Of a stretch of DNA of 32,000 nucleotides, positions 8,953-20,900 are shown in pieces. Below the pieces are notes generated by a model. It made no database searches and had not been told where the DNA came from. It saw only the letters and a list, made by a program, of their open reading frames with translations. The DNA lies in assembly GCF_000829155.1 (NCBI RefSeq), contig NZ_AP013293.1:60001-92000 (forward strand), read 5' to 3'. The stretch's first letter is position 1; the number at the start of each line of letters is the position of its first letter. Source of the stretch: Candidatus Karelsulcia muelleri PSPU. Lineage in GTDB: Bacteria > Bacteroidota > Bacteroidia > Flavobacteriales > Blattabacteriaceae. The translations under genes were made by a program, and so were the position numbers.

Positions 8953-9912
8953 TTGAAAAAAAAAAAAAATTACTTTATTTACAATAAAAAAGTAAAATGG
9001 TGTCCAGGATGTGGAAATTTTTCTATTTTAAAACAGATTAAATCTCTTTTATCAGAAATAGGTGTTAAAAAAGAAAAAATTGTTTTTGTATCCGGGATAG
9101 GTTGTTCTTCTAGATTACCCTATTATTTAAATACATTTGGAATCCATGGAATTCATGGAAGAGCTCCTTCTATTGCAACAGGTATAAAATTATCAAATCC
9201 AAATTTGAGTGTATGGATTATTACAGGAGATGGAGATGGATTATCTATAGGAGTGAATCATCTTCTTCATTTATTTAGAAGAAATATAAATGTTAATATA
9301 TTATTATTTAATAATAAAATATATGGATTAACAAAAGGACAATATTCTCCAACATCTTCTTTTGGGAAAAAAACTAAATATTCTCCTTTAGGAACTATTG
9401 AAAGACCTTTTAATACTTTATCATTAGCTTTAGGATCTGGTGCTACTTTTGTAGCACGTAGTATAGATATAAATACTAAACATTTAAAAAAAATGCTTAT
9501 AGAAAGTAATAACCATAAAGGAACTTCTTTTTTAGAAATATATCAAAATTGTAATATATTTAATAATGGAGTTTTTTCTTCTTTTTCAAAGAAAAAACAA
9601 AAATCTCTATATTTAGAGCCAAATAAACCTTTATTATTTGGAACTAAATGTATTATATTAAATAATAATAAAATAAAAATTAAATTATATAATAAGTATA
9701 TAAATAACAAATTATGGATACATGATATATATAATATAAATAAAGCATTTTTTTTATCATATTTTTTTTATGAAAAAAAATATAAATCATTTCCATGTCC
9801 TTTTGGAGTTATATATAAAAAAAATATATATACTTATGAGAAAATTTTTAATAAAAAAAATTATAATTTAAAAAAAATATCTTTAGATAAAATTTTATCA
9901 GGTAAAAAATAA
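8953..9912 (+). CDS. korB: 2-oxoacid (probably 2-oxoglutarate):ferredoxin oxidoreductase, beta subunit; TTG start
   Basis: VKWCPGCGNFSIL, GIGCSSRLPYYLNTFGIHGIHGRAPSIATG, ITGDGDGLSIGVNH (TPP motif) and YGLTKGQYSPTS. Confidence 0.88.
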   Translation: MKKKKNYFIYNKKVKWCPGCGNFSILKQIKSLLSEIGVKKEKIVFVSGIGCSSRLPYYLNTFGIHGIHGRAPSIATGIKLSNPNLSVWIITGDGDGLSIGVNHLLHLFRRNINVNILLFNNKIYGLTKGQYSPTSSFGKKTKYSPLGTIERPFNTLSLALGSGATFVARSIDINTKHLKKMLIESNNHKGTSFLEIYQNCNIFNNGVFSSFSKKKQKSLYLEPNKPLLFGTKCIILNNNKIKIKLYNKYINNKLWIHDIYNINKAFFLSYFFYEKKYKSFPCPFGVIYKKNIYTYEKIFNKKNYNLKKISLDKILSGKK

Positions 9913-9921
9913 TATTTAAAT

Positions 9922-11199
9922 ATGTTAAAAGTTTCTTTTATAAAAAAGAATAAAAAAAAAATTTTTTTGGGATTAAAAAAACGTAATTACTATAAATTTT
10001 ATATAATTAATTATATATTAATTCTTAATAAAGAAAGTAAAAAACTAAAATTTAAATTAGATAATTTAAGATATTATATTAATTTTTTTTCAAAAAAAAT
10101 AGAATTTTTTTTCAAAAAATGTGAAAAAGAAAAAATAAAAATAATGATTAATTATTCTTTTTTTTTAAAAAAAAAAAGAAAAGAAAAAAATAAAAAATTA
10201 AAAAAAATAAATAATAAAATATTTGAAAATCTTATTAAGATTCCTAATATTCCTTTTGAAGAAGGTAAAAAAAAAAACAATCTATTAGATATAGATAATA
10301 AAATTTATTCTAAAAAAGAATTTTTTTTAAAAAAAAATGAAAAAATTCTTTCTCATTGGGAATTAGGTAATAAATTTAATCTTTTTAGTACAAAAATAGG
10401 ATCTATTATATCTGGTAATGGATTTAATGTATTTATTAATAAAGGAGCTTTATTACAACGAAGTTTAATACAATATTTTTTAGATAAAAATATATCATCC
10501 GGATATATAGAATATGTTCTTCCATATCTTGTAAAGAAAAATTCTGTGTATGGTACAGGTCAAATTCCAGATAAAAAATCTCAAATGTATCATATAAATT
10601 ATGATAATTTATATCTTATACCAACAGGAGAAGTTCCATTAATAAATATTTTTTGTAATAAAATTTTTAAAGAATCAGAATTACCTATAAAAGCAACAAC
10701 TTATACTTCTTGTTTTAGAAGAGAATCAGGATCATATGGGACTAAAGTTCGTTGTTTAAATAGATTACATCAATTTGATAAAGTTGAAATTATTCAAATA
10801 AATACATGTAAAAATTCATATTTCTCATTTAATGAGATGGTTAATCATATTAAAGATTTATTAATATCATTAGATTTACCATTTAGGATAATTAAATTAT
10901 GTGGAAATGATTTAGGCTTTACTTCAGCTTTAACTTATGATTTTGAGGTTTATTCTCCTGGACAAAAAAAATGGTTAGAAGTTAGTTCAGTATCAAATTG
11001 TACAAATTTTCAATCAAATAGAATTAAATTAAAATATCGTTCATATAATGGTAAAATAAAATTATGTCATACCTTAAATGGAAGTTCTTTAGCTATACCC
11101 AGAATTATATCAGCTATAATAGAAAATTATCAAACTAAAAATTATATAATAATACCTAAAGTATTGATTCCATATATGAAAATGGAAAAATTATTATAA
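9922..11199 (+). CDS. serS: Seryl-tRNA synthetase
   Basis: Class II motifs: YLIPTGEVPLINIF, FRRESGSYGTKVRCLNRLHQFDKVEI, and motif 3 LNGSSLAIPRIISAIIENYQ. The N-terminal coiled coil is Lys-rich and diverged. Confidence 0.95.
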   Translation: MLKVSFIKKNKKKIFLGLKKRNYYKFYIINYILILNKESKKLKFKLDNLRYYINFFSKKIEFFFKKCEKEKIKIMINYSFFLKKKRKEKNKKLKKINNKIFENLIKIPNIPFEEGKKKNNLLDIDNKIYSKKEFFLKKNEKILSHWELGNKFNLFSTKIGSIISGNGFNVFINKGALLQRSLIQYFLDKNISSGYIEYVLPYLVKKNSVYGTGQIPDKKSQMYHINYDNLYLIPTGEVPLINIFCNKIFKESELPIKATTYTSCFRRESGSYGTKVRCLNRLHQFDKVEIIQINTCKNSYFSFNEMVNHIKDLLISLDLPFRIIKLCGNDLGFTSALTYDFEVYSPGQKKWLEVSSVSNCTNFQSNRIKLKYRSYNGKIKLCHTLNGSSLAIPRIISAIIENYQTKNYIIIPKVLIPYMKMEKLL

Positions 11200-11224
11200 T
11201 TTTAAATAAAATTAATAAATATAT

Positions 11225-11452
11225 ATGTCAAAATATTGTGAAATAACAGGAAAAAAAAAAATTAAGGGTAATAAAGTATCACATGCAAATAATAAAATTA
11301 AACGTTTTTTTAATATAAATATAAGTAAAAAACGTTTTTTTATAAAAAAAAAAAATAAATGGATTACTTTAAAAATTACTTCTGCAGGAATAAAAATTAT
11401 AAATAAAATTGGAATTGAAAGAATTTTAAAAATTAATAATATTAAATATTAA
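11225..11452 (+). CDS. rpmB: 50S ribosomal protein L28
   Basis: [29 protein letters not shown]...; next to rpmG. Confidence 0.93.
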   Translation: MSKYCEITGKKKIKGNKVSHANNKIKRFFNINISKKRFFIKKKNKWITLKITSAGIKIINKIGIERILKINNIKY

Positions 11453-11457
11453 AAAAT

Positions 11458-11640
11458 ATGGCAAAAAAAAAAATAAGAATTCAAGTAATAATAGAATGTA
11501 CTGAACATAAAAATAGTGGTTTATCTGGTACATCTAGATATATTACTACAAAAAATAAAAATAATAATCCAGAAAGATTAAAATTAAAAAAATATAATCC
11601 AATTTTAAATAGATATACAATACATAAAGAAATAAAATAA
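11458..11640 (+). CDS. rpmG: 50S ribosomal protein L33
   Basis: [18 protein letters not shown]...[25 protein letters not shown]. Confidence 0.93.
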   Translation: MAKKKIRIQVIIECTEHKNSGLSGTSRYITTKNKNNNPERLKLKKYNPILNRYTIHKEIK

Positions 11641-11641
11641 C

Positions 11642-11794
11642 ATGGCAAAAAAAAATAAATCTAATATTCAAAATAAAATTATAAAAAAAATGACTAAAAT
11701 TTTATTTATGGTTAAAAAAAATAAAAATTATTCTTTTAAAGAAAAAATGATTAATTTTAATGATGTAAATCATTTTTTATTAAAATTAATGTAG
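11642..11794 (+). CDS. Small DUF4295-like protein, 50 aa (not in the supplied ORF track)
   Basis: Manual translation: MAKKNKSNIQNKIIKKMTKILFMVKKNKNYSFKEKMINFNDVNHFLLKLM*. It resembles the small Bacteroidota protein usually encoded just downstream of rpmB-rpmG (MAKK...KVIKMVKS...YTFKEE...). Confidence 0.75.
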   Translation: MAKKNKSNIQNKIIKKMTKILFMVKKNKNYSFKEKMINFNDVNHFLLKLM

Positions 11795-11869
11795 GGTGAA
11801 TGACCGGAATCGAACCGGCAACCCTTAGAACCACAATCTAATGCTCTAACCAATTGAGCTACATTCACC
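11795..11869 (-). tRNA. tRNA-His (GTG), including G-1
   Basis: G-1 plus acceptor GTGAATG/CATTCAC, with C73 pairing to G-1; anticodon arm TTAGA-TTGTGGT-TCTAA; T-loop TTCGATT. Confidence 0.94.
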
Positions 11870-11880
11870 AATACAAATAA

Positions 11881-12827
11881 TTATTTTATTAAAAAATTTA
11901 ATTTTTTTATTAAAAACTTTATCCTTTTAGGAATAGGACATATAAAATTTTTTTTTTTTATATATATTGGATGTATATATTCTATATAATAAGCATGTAA
12001 AGCTTGATATTTTATTTTTTTTACAAAATTTTTTATAAATTTTTCTTTTTTATGGCCTACATAATTTTTATCATTAAATATTGGATGTCCAATATATTTT
12101 AAATGTACTCTAATTTGATGAGTACGTCCAGTTTCTAAAGTACATTTTAAAAGAGTAACATATTTAAATCTTTCTAACACTTTATAGTGTGTAATTGAAA
12201 ATTTACCATTTTTTACATTAGTAAAAAAATTCATATATATATTTGTTTTTACACATCTTCCAATATTACAGATAATAGTTCCTTTATTTTTTTTTATATT
12301 TCCCCAAACTAAAGTAATATAGTTTCTGGTAATTTTATTACCAATAAATTGTTTTGAAATTTTTTTTTTTATATTTTTATCTTTTGCAACTAAAATTAAA
12401 CCACTTGTTTCTTTATCTATTCTATGAACTAAATTAGGAATTTTTTTATAAAAATGATTAATTTTATTTTTATTTAAATAAAAATATAAACCATTTATTA
12501 GAGTATTAGACTCATTACCATTACCTGGATGAACAACTAAACCAGATTGTTTATTAATAATTAAGATGTATTCATCTTCATAAATTATATTTAATTTTAA
12601 ATGATCATATATGATTTTCTTTTTTATGGAAGAAAATATAATATCAATTATATCATTTTTTTTTATTAAAAAATTTTTTTTAATTAAAATTTTATTTACA
12701 TAAATATTTCCTTTTTTTATTAATTTTTGTAGAATATTTCTATTAATATTAGAAAATTTATAAAATAAATATTTATCTATTCTTATTAATTTTTCTTTAT
12801 TATTTACTATAATTTTTTTTTTATCAT
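11881..12827 (-). CDS. rluD: 23S rRNA pseudouridine synthase RluD, apparently frameshifted at the start codon
   Basis: The track lists only the C-terminal 117 aa (11881..12234). The same frame is open back to 12834 and encodes S4 domain ...IVNNKEKLIRIDKYLFYKFSNINRNILQKLIKKGNIYVN, then NIIYEDEYILIINKQSGLVVHPG, NLVHRIDKETSGLILVAKD (catalytic Asp), RNYITLVWG and ETGRTHQIRVHLKYIGHPIFND. The only nearby ATG (12827) is out of frame by 1 nt. Confidence 0.85.
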
Positions 12828-12868
12828 GTTTTTTTTATTTATAATATAAATAAAATAATTATTAAAAA

Positions 12869-13627
12869 TTGAGATTTTTTTTAGAAATATCTTATCATGG
12901 TGCATTATTTTATGGATGGCAAATTCAAAATAAAAATATTTCAGTACAAGAAACAATAGAAAAATGTTTAAGTTTTTTATTAAAAAAAAATATTAAAATT
13001 ATAGGAGCAGGAAGAACAGATGCAGGGGTACATGCAATACAAATGTTTGCTCATTTTGATTTTAATCAAAATCTATTATTAATAGATAAAAATATTAAAT
13101 TTAAATTAAATTATTTTTTACCTTTAAATATTAAAATAAAAAATTTTTTTTCTGTAAAAAAAAAAATTCATGCTCGTTTTAATGTTCTAAGTAGAGTTTA
13201 TGAATATAGAATATTTTTAGAAAAAAATCCTTTTTATCTTGATACAAGTTGGCAATGGTTATCTAAAAAAAAAATAAAAATAAAAATTTTAAATAAAGGA
13301 GCAAAATTACTTAAAAAATATAAAGATTATAGTAGTTTTTGTAAAAACAAAAGTAATAATAAAACATATATATGTAATATTTTTTATGCAAAATGGATTT
13401 TAAAAAAAAAAAAATTATTTTTTTATATTGAAGCAAATAGATTTTTAAGGAATATGGTAAGATCTATAGTAGGAACTATAATTGAGTTAGGAATAAAAAA
13501 AATAACACTAAAAGATTTTATTAAAATAATAGAAGCTAAAAATATACATTTAGCAGGAATTTCTGCACCAGCAAAAGGTCTTTTTTTAAAAAAAATTAAT
13601 TATCCAATTAATATTTATTTATTTTAA
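12869..13627 (+). CDS. truA: tRNA pseudouridine(38-40) synthase TruA, TTG start
   Basis: [15 protein letters not shown], catalytic [19 protein letters not shown], and [17 protein letters not shown]. Confidence 0.95.
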   Translation: MRFFLEISYHGALFYGWQIQNKNISVQETIEKCLSFLLKKNIKIIGAGRTDAGVHAIQMFAHFDFNQNLLLIDKNIKFKLNYFLPLNIKIKNFFSVKKKIHARFNVLSRVYEYRIFLEKNPFYLDTSWQWLSKKKIKIKILNKGAKLLKKYKDYSSFCKNKSNNKTYICNIFYAKWILKKKKLFFYIEANRFLRNMVRSIVGTIIELGIKKITLKDFIKIIEAKNIHLAGISAPAKGLFLKKINYPINIYLF

Positions 13628-16600
13628 TAATTTAGATCATCAATCATATAAATTTTTTTAAATTTTGTGAATCCAGTTCCTGCAGGAATTTTATTACCTA
13701 CTATAACATTTTCTTTTAATCCATTTAAATAATCAGTTTTATTTTTTATAGCAGCCTCTGTTAAAACTTTTGTAGTTTCTTGAAAAGAAGCAGCAGAAAT
13801 AAAAGATTTAGTTTGTAAAGCAGCTTTAGTTATACCTTGAATTATTGGTTTAGATATAGCTATATTTGTATTTCTAAATTTTAACTGTTTTTTATTTGAA
13901 AAAAATAAAAACTTATTTTCTTTTATAAGATCTTTAATATAAATTAAATCTCCTTTAACAAATTTTTTAGAATCACCTGATTCTTCTATAACTTTCATTT
14001 CTAAAATTTTTTTATTTTCTTCTATAAAAGTTTTTTTAAACTCAATATTTCCTTCTAAAAACTTAGAATCTCCTGATTTTATAATTTTTACTTTTTGCAT
14101 CATTTGTCTTACTATAATTTCAAAATGTTTATCATTAATTTTAACCCCTTGTAAACGATATACTTTTTGTATTTCATTAATTAAATATTTTTGAGCAGCT
14201 TTTAATCCTTTTATATTTAAAATATCATATAGTGATATATCTCCATCTGATAAAGGCCTTCCTGCTTTGATAAAATCATTTTCTTGTACAATAATTTGTT
14301 TTGATCTTCTTATTAAATATTTCTTTTTTTTTCCTCTTTTAGATTTTATAATTATTTCTTTATTTCCTCTTTTTAATTTTCCAAAACTAACTATTCCATC
14401 TATTTCAGATATTATTGCAGAATTTGAAGGATTTCTGGCTTCAAATAATTCTGATAAACGTGGTAATCCCCCTGTTATATCTCCTGATTGAAAATATTTT
14501 CTAGGTGTTTTTATTAAAATAGTTCCTTCATTTATATAGTCTCCATCATTTACTATTAAATGTCCCCCTATAGGTAAATTATAAGTTTTTAATACTTTAT
14601 TTTTTTTATTTACTATTTTTAAAGTAGGTATTATATTTTTTACTTCCAAAATAATTTTTTCTTTAAAACCAGTTTGTTCGTCTATTTGAACTTTAAAAGT
14701 AAGTCCTTTTTCAAGATTTTCATATTTTATTATTCCTGATAATTCTGCTATAATAACAGCATTATATGGATCCCAACTACATATAATTTCATCTTTTTTT
14801 AAAAATTTTTTATTATAAACAAATAATTTAGATCCATATGGAATATTTTTTTTCATTAAAACTACTCCATTTTTATTTAATAAAAAGATTTCAGATGATC
14901 TAGAAACAACTATTTTTTCCAAATTATTTTTTACTACTTTAATATCTTTATATTTTATTATTCCATCATATTTAGCTTTTATTTTTGAAGATTTATATAT
15001 ATTACCAGCTGTTCCTCCAACATGAAAAGTTCGAAGTGTAAGTTGTGTACCTGGTTCACCAATTGATTGTGCTGCTATTACTCCTATTGCTTCTCCTTTT
15101 TGAACCATAAAACCGTTAGCAAGATTTTTTCCATAACATTTTATACAAATTCCTGTTTTAGACTTACATGTAAGAGTAGATCTAACTTCAATACTATCTA
15201 TTGAAGCTTCTGTTATCAATTTTAGTTTTTTTTTATTTATTATTTCAGATGATTTTATCAATAATTTATTATTAATAGGATTATAAACATTTTTTAAAAC
15301 TATCCGACCTAAAATTCTAGATGAGAATGGTTCTATTATTTCTTCATTTTTTTTTAATGCAGATATTCTTATTCCTAAAGATGATTTACAATCATTTTCT
15401 TTTATAATTATATCTTGTGCTGAATCCACTAAACGTCTTGTTAAATATCCAGCATCTGCTGTTTTTAAAGCAGTATCAGCTAATCCTTTTCTTGCTCCAT
15501 GTGTAGATATAAAATATTCTAATATAGATAATCCTTCTAAAAAATTAGATAAAATTGGATTTTCTATAATTTCTGAACCTATTAAACTTGTTTTTTGAGG
15601 TTTTGCCATTAATCCTCTCATTCCAGATAATTGACGTATTTGTTCTTTTGAACTTCTAGCTCCAGAATCTAGCATCATATAGATTGAATTAAATCCTTGT
15701 TTACTATATTGCATATAATTCATAACTTTTTCTGTTAATTTAGCATTAGTATTAGTCCATATATCAATTATTTTATTATAACGTTCATTATTAGTTATTA
15801 ATCCCATATTATAATGGGATTTAACCAAATCAACTTTTTCCATAGCTTTTTTAATCATTTTTTTTTTTTCTTTTGGAATTTTTATATCATTTATATTAAA
15901 AGATAAACCTCCTTTAAATGCATGATAAAATCCTAATTCTTTTATTTCATCTAAAAATTTTGCTGTAGTAGGTATATTGGTTTTATTTAATATCTTAGAA
16001 ATTATCTCTCTTAAAGATTTTTTTGTTAATAATTCATTTATATATCCTACTTGTTTTGGAACAACTATATTAAATAAAACTCGACCTACTGTCGTTTCTA
16101 TAATTTTTGATATTAATTCATTGTTTTGTAACATTTTAACTTTAACTTTCATTATTGCATGAATATCTACAATTTTATTATTATAAGCTATTTCCACTTC
16201 TTCAAGAGAAGAAAAACACATACCCTCTCCTTTAATTTTTTTTTCAGGAGTAGATTTTAATTCTTTAGTCATATAATATAACCCTAATACCATATCTTGT
16301 GATGGTACTGTAATAGGATCTCCATTAGCAGGATTTAAAATATTTTGTGATGCTAACATTAATAATTTAGCTTCTAAAATGGCTTCAGTTGATAATGGAA
16401 GATGTACGGCCATTTGATCTCCATCAAAATCGGCATTAAATGCCGAACAAACTAATGGATGTAATTCTATTGCTTTTCCTTCAATAAGTTTAGGTTGAAA
16501 TGATTGAATTCCTAATCTATGAAGTGTAGGTGCTCTATTTAATAAAACAGGATGACCTTTTACAAGATTTTCTAAAATATCCCAGATCATTGGATATTTT

Positions 16601-17847
16601 TTGTCTATAAGTCTTTTAGCTGATTTTACTGTTTTTACAATACCTCTTTCAAGAAGAATTTTAATTATAAAAGGTTTATAAATTTCAGCTGCTATATATT
16701 TAGGTAATCCACATTCATTTAATTTTAATTTTGGACCTACTACTATTACTGATCTTGCTGAATAATCTACTCTTTTACCTAAAAGATTTTGTCTAAAACG
16801 ACCTTGTTTTCCTTTTAAGGAATCAGATAAAGATTTTAAGGGTCTATTAGATTCTGATTTTATTGCTGTAATTTTTCTAGAATTATCAAAAAGTGAATCT
16901 ACAGATTCTTGTAACATTCTTTTTTCATTACGTAATATTATTTCAGGAGCTTTAATTTCTATTAATCTTTTTAATCTATTATTACGAATTAAAATTCTTC
17001 TATAAAAATCATTTAAATCAGAAGAAGCAAACCTTCCCCCATCTAAAGGGACTAAAGGACGTAATTCTGGAGGAATTACAGGAATAACTTTAAAAATAAG
17101 ATTTGTCAATTTACCTCCTTTTTTTTCTCCTTCTTTAAAACTTTCTACTACATTTAATCTTTTGAAAGATTCAAATCTTCTTTGTTTAGATGTTTCCTTA
17201 TTTGCTTGATTTTTTAAAGAAGATGATAACAGTTTTAAATCAACATTTTTTAATAATTGTTTTAAACATTCAGCTCCCATTTTAGCAATAAATTTATTTG
17301 GATCATTATTAGATAAATATTGATTTTCTTTTGGAAGATAATTTAATATAAAGAGATATTCTTCTTCAGTTAATAAACTGAATTTTTTTATATATAAATT
17401 TTTATAATCTTGTGCAATTCCTGGTTGTATTACTACATAACGTTCATAATAAATTATCAGATCCAGTTTTTTAGATGATAAACCTAAAACATATCCTATT
17501 TTATTTGGAAGAGATCTAAATCCCCATATATGTACTATAGGTACTATTAAATTAATATGGCCAATTCTGTAACGACGAACTTGTTTTTCTATTATTTCGA
17601 CGCCACATCTATCGCAGATTAATCCTTTATAACGTTTTTTTTTATATTTACCACAAACACATTCAAAATCTTTTGTAGGACCAAAAATACGTTCACAAAA
17701 AAGACCATCTAATTCAGGTCTATGAGTACGATAATTTATAGTTTCTGGTTTTAAGACTTCTCCATATGAATCTTTTAAAATATCTTCAGAGGAAGAAAAA
17801 CTAATAGTTACTTTTTTAAAAGAATTATCTATTATTTCATAATTCAT
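13624..17847 (-). CDS. rpoC: DNA-directed RNA polymerase subunit beta'
   Basis: [39 protein letters not shown], the catalytic [16 protein letters not shown], and [22 protein letters not shown]. Confidence 0.99.
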   Translation of the reverse strand: MNYEIIDNSFKKVTISFSSSEDILKDSYGEVLKPETINYRTHRPELDGLFCERIFGPTKDFECVCGKYKKKRYKGLICDRCGVEIIEKQVRRYRIGHINLIVPIVHIWGFRSLPNKIGYVLGLSSKKLDLIIYYERYVVIQPGIAQDYKNLYIKKFSLLTEEEYLFILNYLPKENQYLSNNDPNKFIAKMGAECLKQLLKNVDLKLLSSSLKNQANKETSKQRRFESFKRLNVVESFKEGEKKGGKLTNLIFKVIPVIPPELRPLVPLDGGRFASSDLNDFYRRILIRNNRLKRLIEIKAPEIILRNEKRMLQESVDSLFDNSRKITAIKSESNRPLKSLSDSLKGKQGRFRQNLLGKRVDYSARSVIVVGPKLKLNECGLPKYIAAEIYKPFIIKILLERGIVKTVKSAKRLIDKKYPMIWDILENLVKGHPVLLNRAPTLHRLGIQSFQPKLIEGKAIELHPLVCSAFNADFDGDQMAVHLPLSTEAILEAKLLMLASQNILNPANGDPITVPSQDMVLGLYYMTKELKSTPEKKIKGEGMCFSSLEEVEIAYNNKIVDIHAIMKVKVKMLQNNELISKIIETTVGRVLFNIVVPKQVGYINELLTKKSLREIISKILNKTNIPTTAKFLDEIKELGFYHAFKGGLSFNINDIKIPKEKKKMIKKAMEKVDLVKSHYNMGLITNNERYNKIIDIWTNTNAKLTEKVMNYMQYSKQGFNSIYMMLDSGARSSKEQIRQLSGMRGLMAKPQKTSLIGSEIIENPILSNFLEGLSILEYFISTHGARKGLADTALKTADAGYLTRRLVDSAQDIIIKENDCKSSLGIRISALKKNEEIIEPFSSRILGRIVLKNVYNPINNKLLIKSSEIINKKKLKLITEASIDSIEVRSTLTCKSKTGICIKCYGKNLANGFMVQKGEAIGVIAAQSIGEPGTQLTLRTFHVGGTAGNIYKSSKIKAKYDGIIKYKDIKVVKNNLEKIVVSRSSEIFLLNKNGVVLMKKNIPYGSKLFVYNKKFLKKDEIICSWDPYNAVIIAELSGIIKYENLEKGLTFKVQIDEQTGFKEKIILEVKNIIPTLKIVNKKNKVLKTYNLPIGGHLIVNDGDYINEGTILIKTPRKYFQSGDITGGLPRLSELFEARNPSNSAIISEIDGIVSFGKLKRGNKEIIIKSKRGKKKKYLIRRSKQIIVQENDFIKAGRPLSDGDISLYDILNIKGLKAAQKYLINEIQKVYRLQGVKINDKHFEIIVRQMMQKVKIIKSGDSKFLEGNIEFKKTFIEENKKILEMKVIEESGDSKKFVKGDLIYIKDLIKENKFLFFSNKKQLKFRNTNIAISKPIIQGITKAALQTKSFISAASFQETTKVLTEAAIKNKTDYLNGLKENVIVGNKIPAGTGFTKFKKIYMIDDLNY

Positions 17848-17907
17848 AATTAATTTAATTTAATTTAATTTATTAAATTTAATAATTTTTTTTTTAAAAA
17901 AAAATTA

Positions 17908-20900
17908 TTATTTTTCTAAATTTAAATTTAACCCTAATCCTTTTAATTCATTAATTAATACATTAAATGATTCTGGAATTCCAGGTACTGGAATTTTTGC
18001 TCCTTGAACTATAGCTTCATAAGTTCTTGTTCGTCCTATTATATCATCAGATTTTATAGTAAGTATTTCACGTAAAATATTTGCTGCTCCAAAAGATTCT
18101 AAAGCCCAAACTTCCATTTCACCAAATCTTTGTCCTCCAAATTGAGATTTTCCTCCTAATGGTTGTTGAGTTATTAATGAATATGGACCTATTGATCTAG
18201 CATGCATTTTATCATCAACCATATGATTTAATTTTAACATATAAATTACACCTACGGTAACAGGTTGATCAAATTTTTCCCCTGTTTCTCCATCAAATAA
18301 ATAAGTACTTCCAAAACGAGGTAAATTAGCTTTATCAGTATATTTTGATATTTCTTCTAAAGAAGCTCCATCAAATATTGGGGTAGAAAAATTTATTTTC
18401 AATTTTTCTCCCGCCCAACCTAAAATAGTTTCATAAATTTGTCCTATATTCATACGTGAAGGGACACCTAATGGATTTAAAACTAAATCTACCGGAGTTC
18501 CATCTTCTAAATATGGCATATCTTCTTCTCTAACAATACGTGCCACAATTCCTTTATTTCCATGTCTTCCAGACATTTTATCACCTACTTTTAATTTTCT
18601 TTTTTTAGCAATAAAAACTTTAGCAAGTTTAATAATACCTGTTGGTAATTCATCACCTATTAAGATATTATTTTTTTTTAGTATTAATTGAATTTTTAAT
18701 TTCTTTTTTAGAACAAAAAAATTTTTTAATATTTTTAATACTAAATCATTTTTATAATGATTTTTTATCCATCTATTAGAAATAATATTTCTATAATTTT
18801 TTATATTTTTTAAAATATTTAAATTGATTATTTGTCCTTTTGAGATTTTTTTTTGAAAAAAAGAATCAAATACTTCTTCAGATATTTCACCTTCTAATAC
18901 TGTATTTAATTTATTAATTAATAAATTTTTTAATTTTTTAAATTTTTTTGTAAATTTATCGTCTATTTTTTTAAGTTTCATTTTTTCTAATTTTAAGTTT
19001 TCTTTTTCTAATTCTTTGTTTTTCATTTTAATTTTTTTTGAATAGATTTTTGTATCTATTACAACTCCAAATAAAGATGAATTAGCTTTTAAAGATGAAT
19101 CTTTTATAGATATTGCTTTTTCACCAAAAATAGCTTTTAAAAGTTTTTCTTCTGAAGTTGGATTTTTTTTTTTTTTAGGAGTTGTTTTACCTATAAGTAG
19201 ATCTCCAGGTTTAACATAATGTCCAATTTGAATAATTCCATTTTGATCTAACTTTTGAAGTTGTCTTTCACTAAGATTTGGGATATCATTTGATAATTCT
19301 TCCATTCCTAATTTAGTATCACGTACTTCTATTGAATATTCATCTATATGAATAGATGTAAAAATATCTTCACGAACTACTTTTTCCGAAATAACTATAG
19401 CATCTTCAAAATTATATCCTTTAAAAGGCATAAAAGCTACTTTAATATTTCGACCTAATGCTAATTCTCCATTTTTAGTAGCATATCCTTCACATAAAAC
19501 TTGACCTTTAGTAACATTCATACCTTTTTTTACTATAGGTTTTATATTTATACAAGTATTTTGATTAGTTTTTCTAAATTTAATTAATTTAAAACTTTTT
19601 ATTTCTTCTTCAAAAGAAAGTAATTTTTTTTTTTCAGAAAAAAAATATTTTATTCTAATTTTATTAGAATCTACTGATTCTATTATACCATCTTTTTCTG
19701 CATGAATTAATATACGTGCATCTTGTGCTAATTTTTTTTCTAATCCAGTACCTACAATAGGTACTTGAGGTTTTAATAAAGGAACAGCTTGACGCATCAT
19801 ATTTGATCCCATTAATGCTCTATTGGCATCATCATGTTCAAGAAATGGTATTAAAGATGCTGATATAGATGCTATTTGATTAGTAGAAAGATCTATATAA
19901 TTTACTTTTTTATAATTAACCATAGGAAAATCAGCATTTGCACGAACTATAATTTTTTTTTTTAAAACTCCTGTATTATAATTTAATATAGCATTAGCTT
20001 GTGCAATTATTTTTCCATATTCTTGTTCAGCACTAAGATAAATTGGTTTATTTTTTAATATTACTTTGCCTTTATTTACTTTGAAATAAGGAGTTTCTAT
20101 AAATCCCATATCATTAATTCTTGCCAAAACACATAAAGATGATATTAATCCAATATTAGGCCCTTCAGGGGTTTCTATAGGACATAATCTTCCATAATGA
20201 GAATAATTAACATCACGTACTTCAAATCCAGCTCTGTCTCTTGACAACCCCCCAGGACCTAAAGAAGATAATCTTCTTTTATGAGTTACTTCAGCTAATG
20301 GATTAGTTTGATCCATAAATTGAGATAATTGACTTGTTCCAAAAAAAGAATTAATAACAGATGTTAAATATCTTGCATTTATTAATTTTATAGGAGAAAA
20401 AACTTCATTTTCTTTTATACTCATTTTTTCTTTTATAATTATTGACATTCTTGCAAGTCCTATTACATATTGTGTATATAATTGTTCTCCTACTGTTTTT
20501 ACCCTACGATTAGCTAAATGATCTATATCATCAACTTCTTTTTTTGAATTATTTAATATAATTAAATTTTTAATAATAGAAATGAAGTCTTCTTTACTTA
20601 AAACTTTATAAGTTAAAGGAAAATCTAATTTTAGAGTTTTATTTAATCTATATCTTCCAACTTCACCTAAACTATATTTATATTCAGAAAATAAGAATTT
20701 ATTTATAAATAATATTGCTGTTATTTCATCTATAGGATCAGAATTTTTTAATATTTTATATATATAATATATTGCCTCTTTTTTAGAATTTGTAGGATCT
20801 ATTTGTATTGTATTATGTATAATAGAAAAATCTAGACTTGTTTTTTTTAATTTATATAAAGAAATATATTTGATATTATTATCAATAATTTTATGTATAT

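Noticed and set aside
14267-14491. Plus-strand ORFs inside rpoC (14267-14491 and 15977-16162)
   Set aside because: Antisense shadows of rpoC without independent support.
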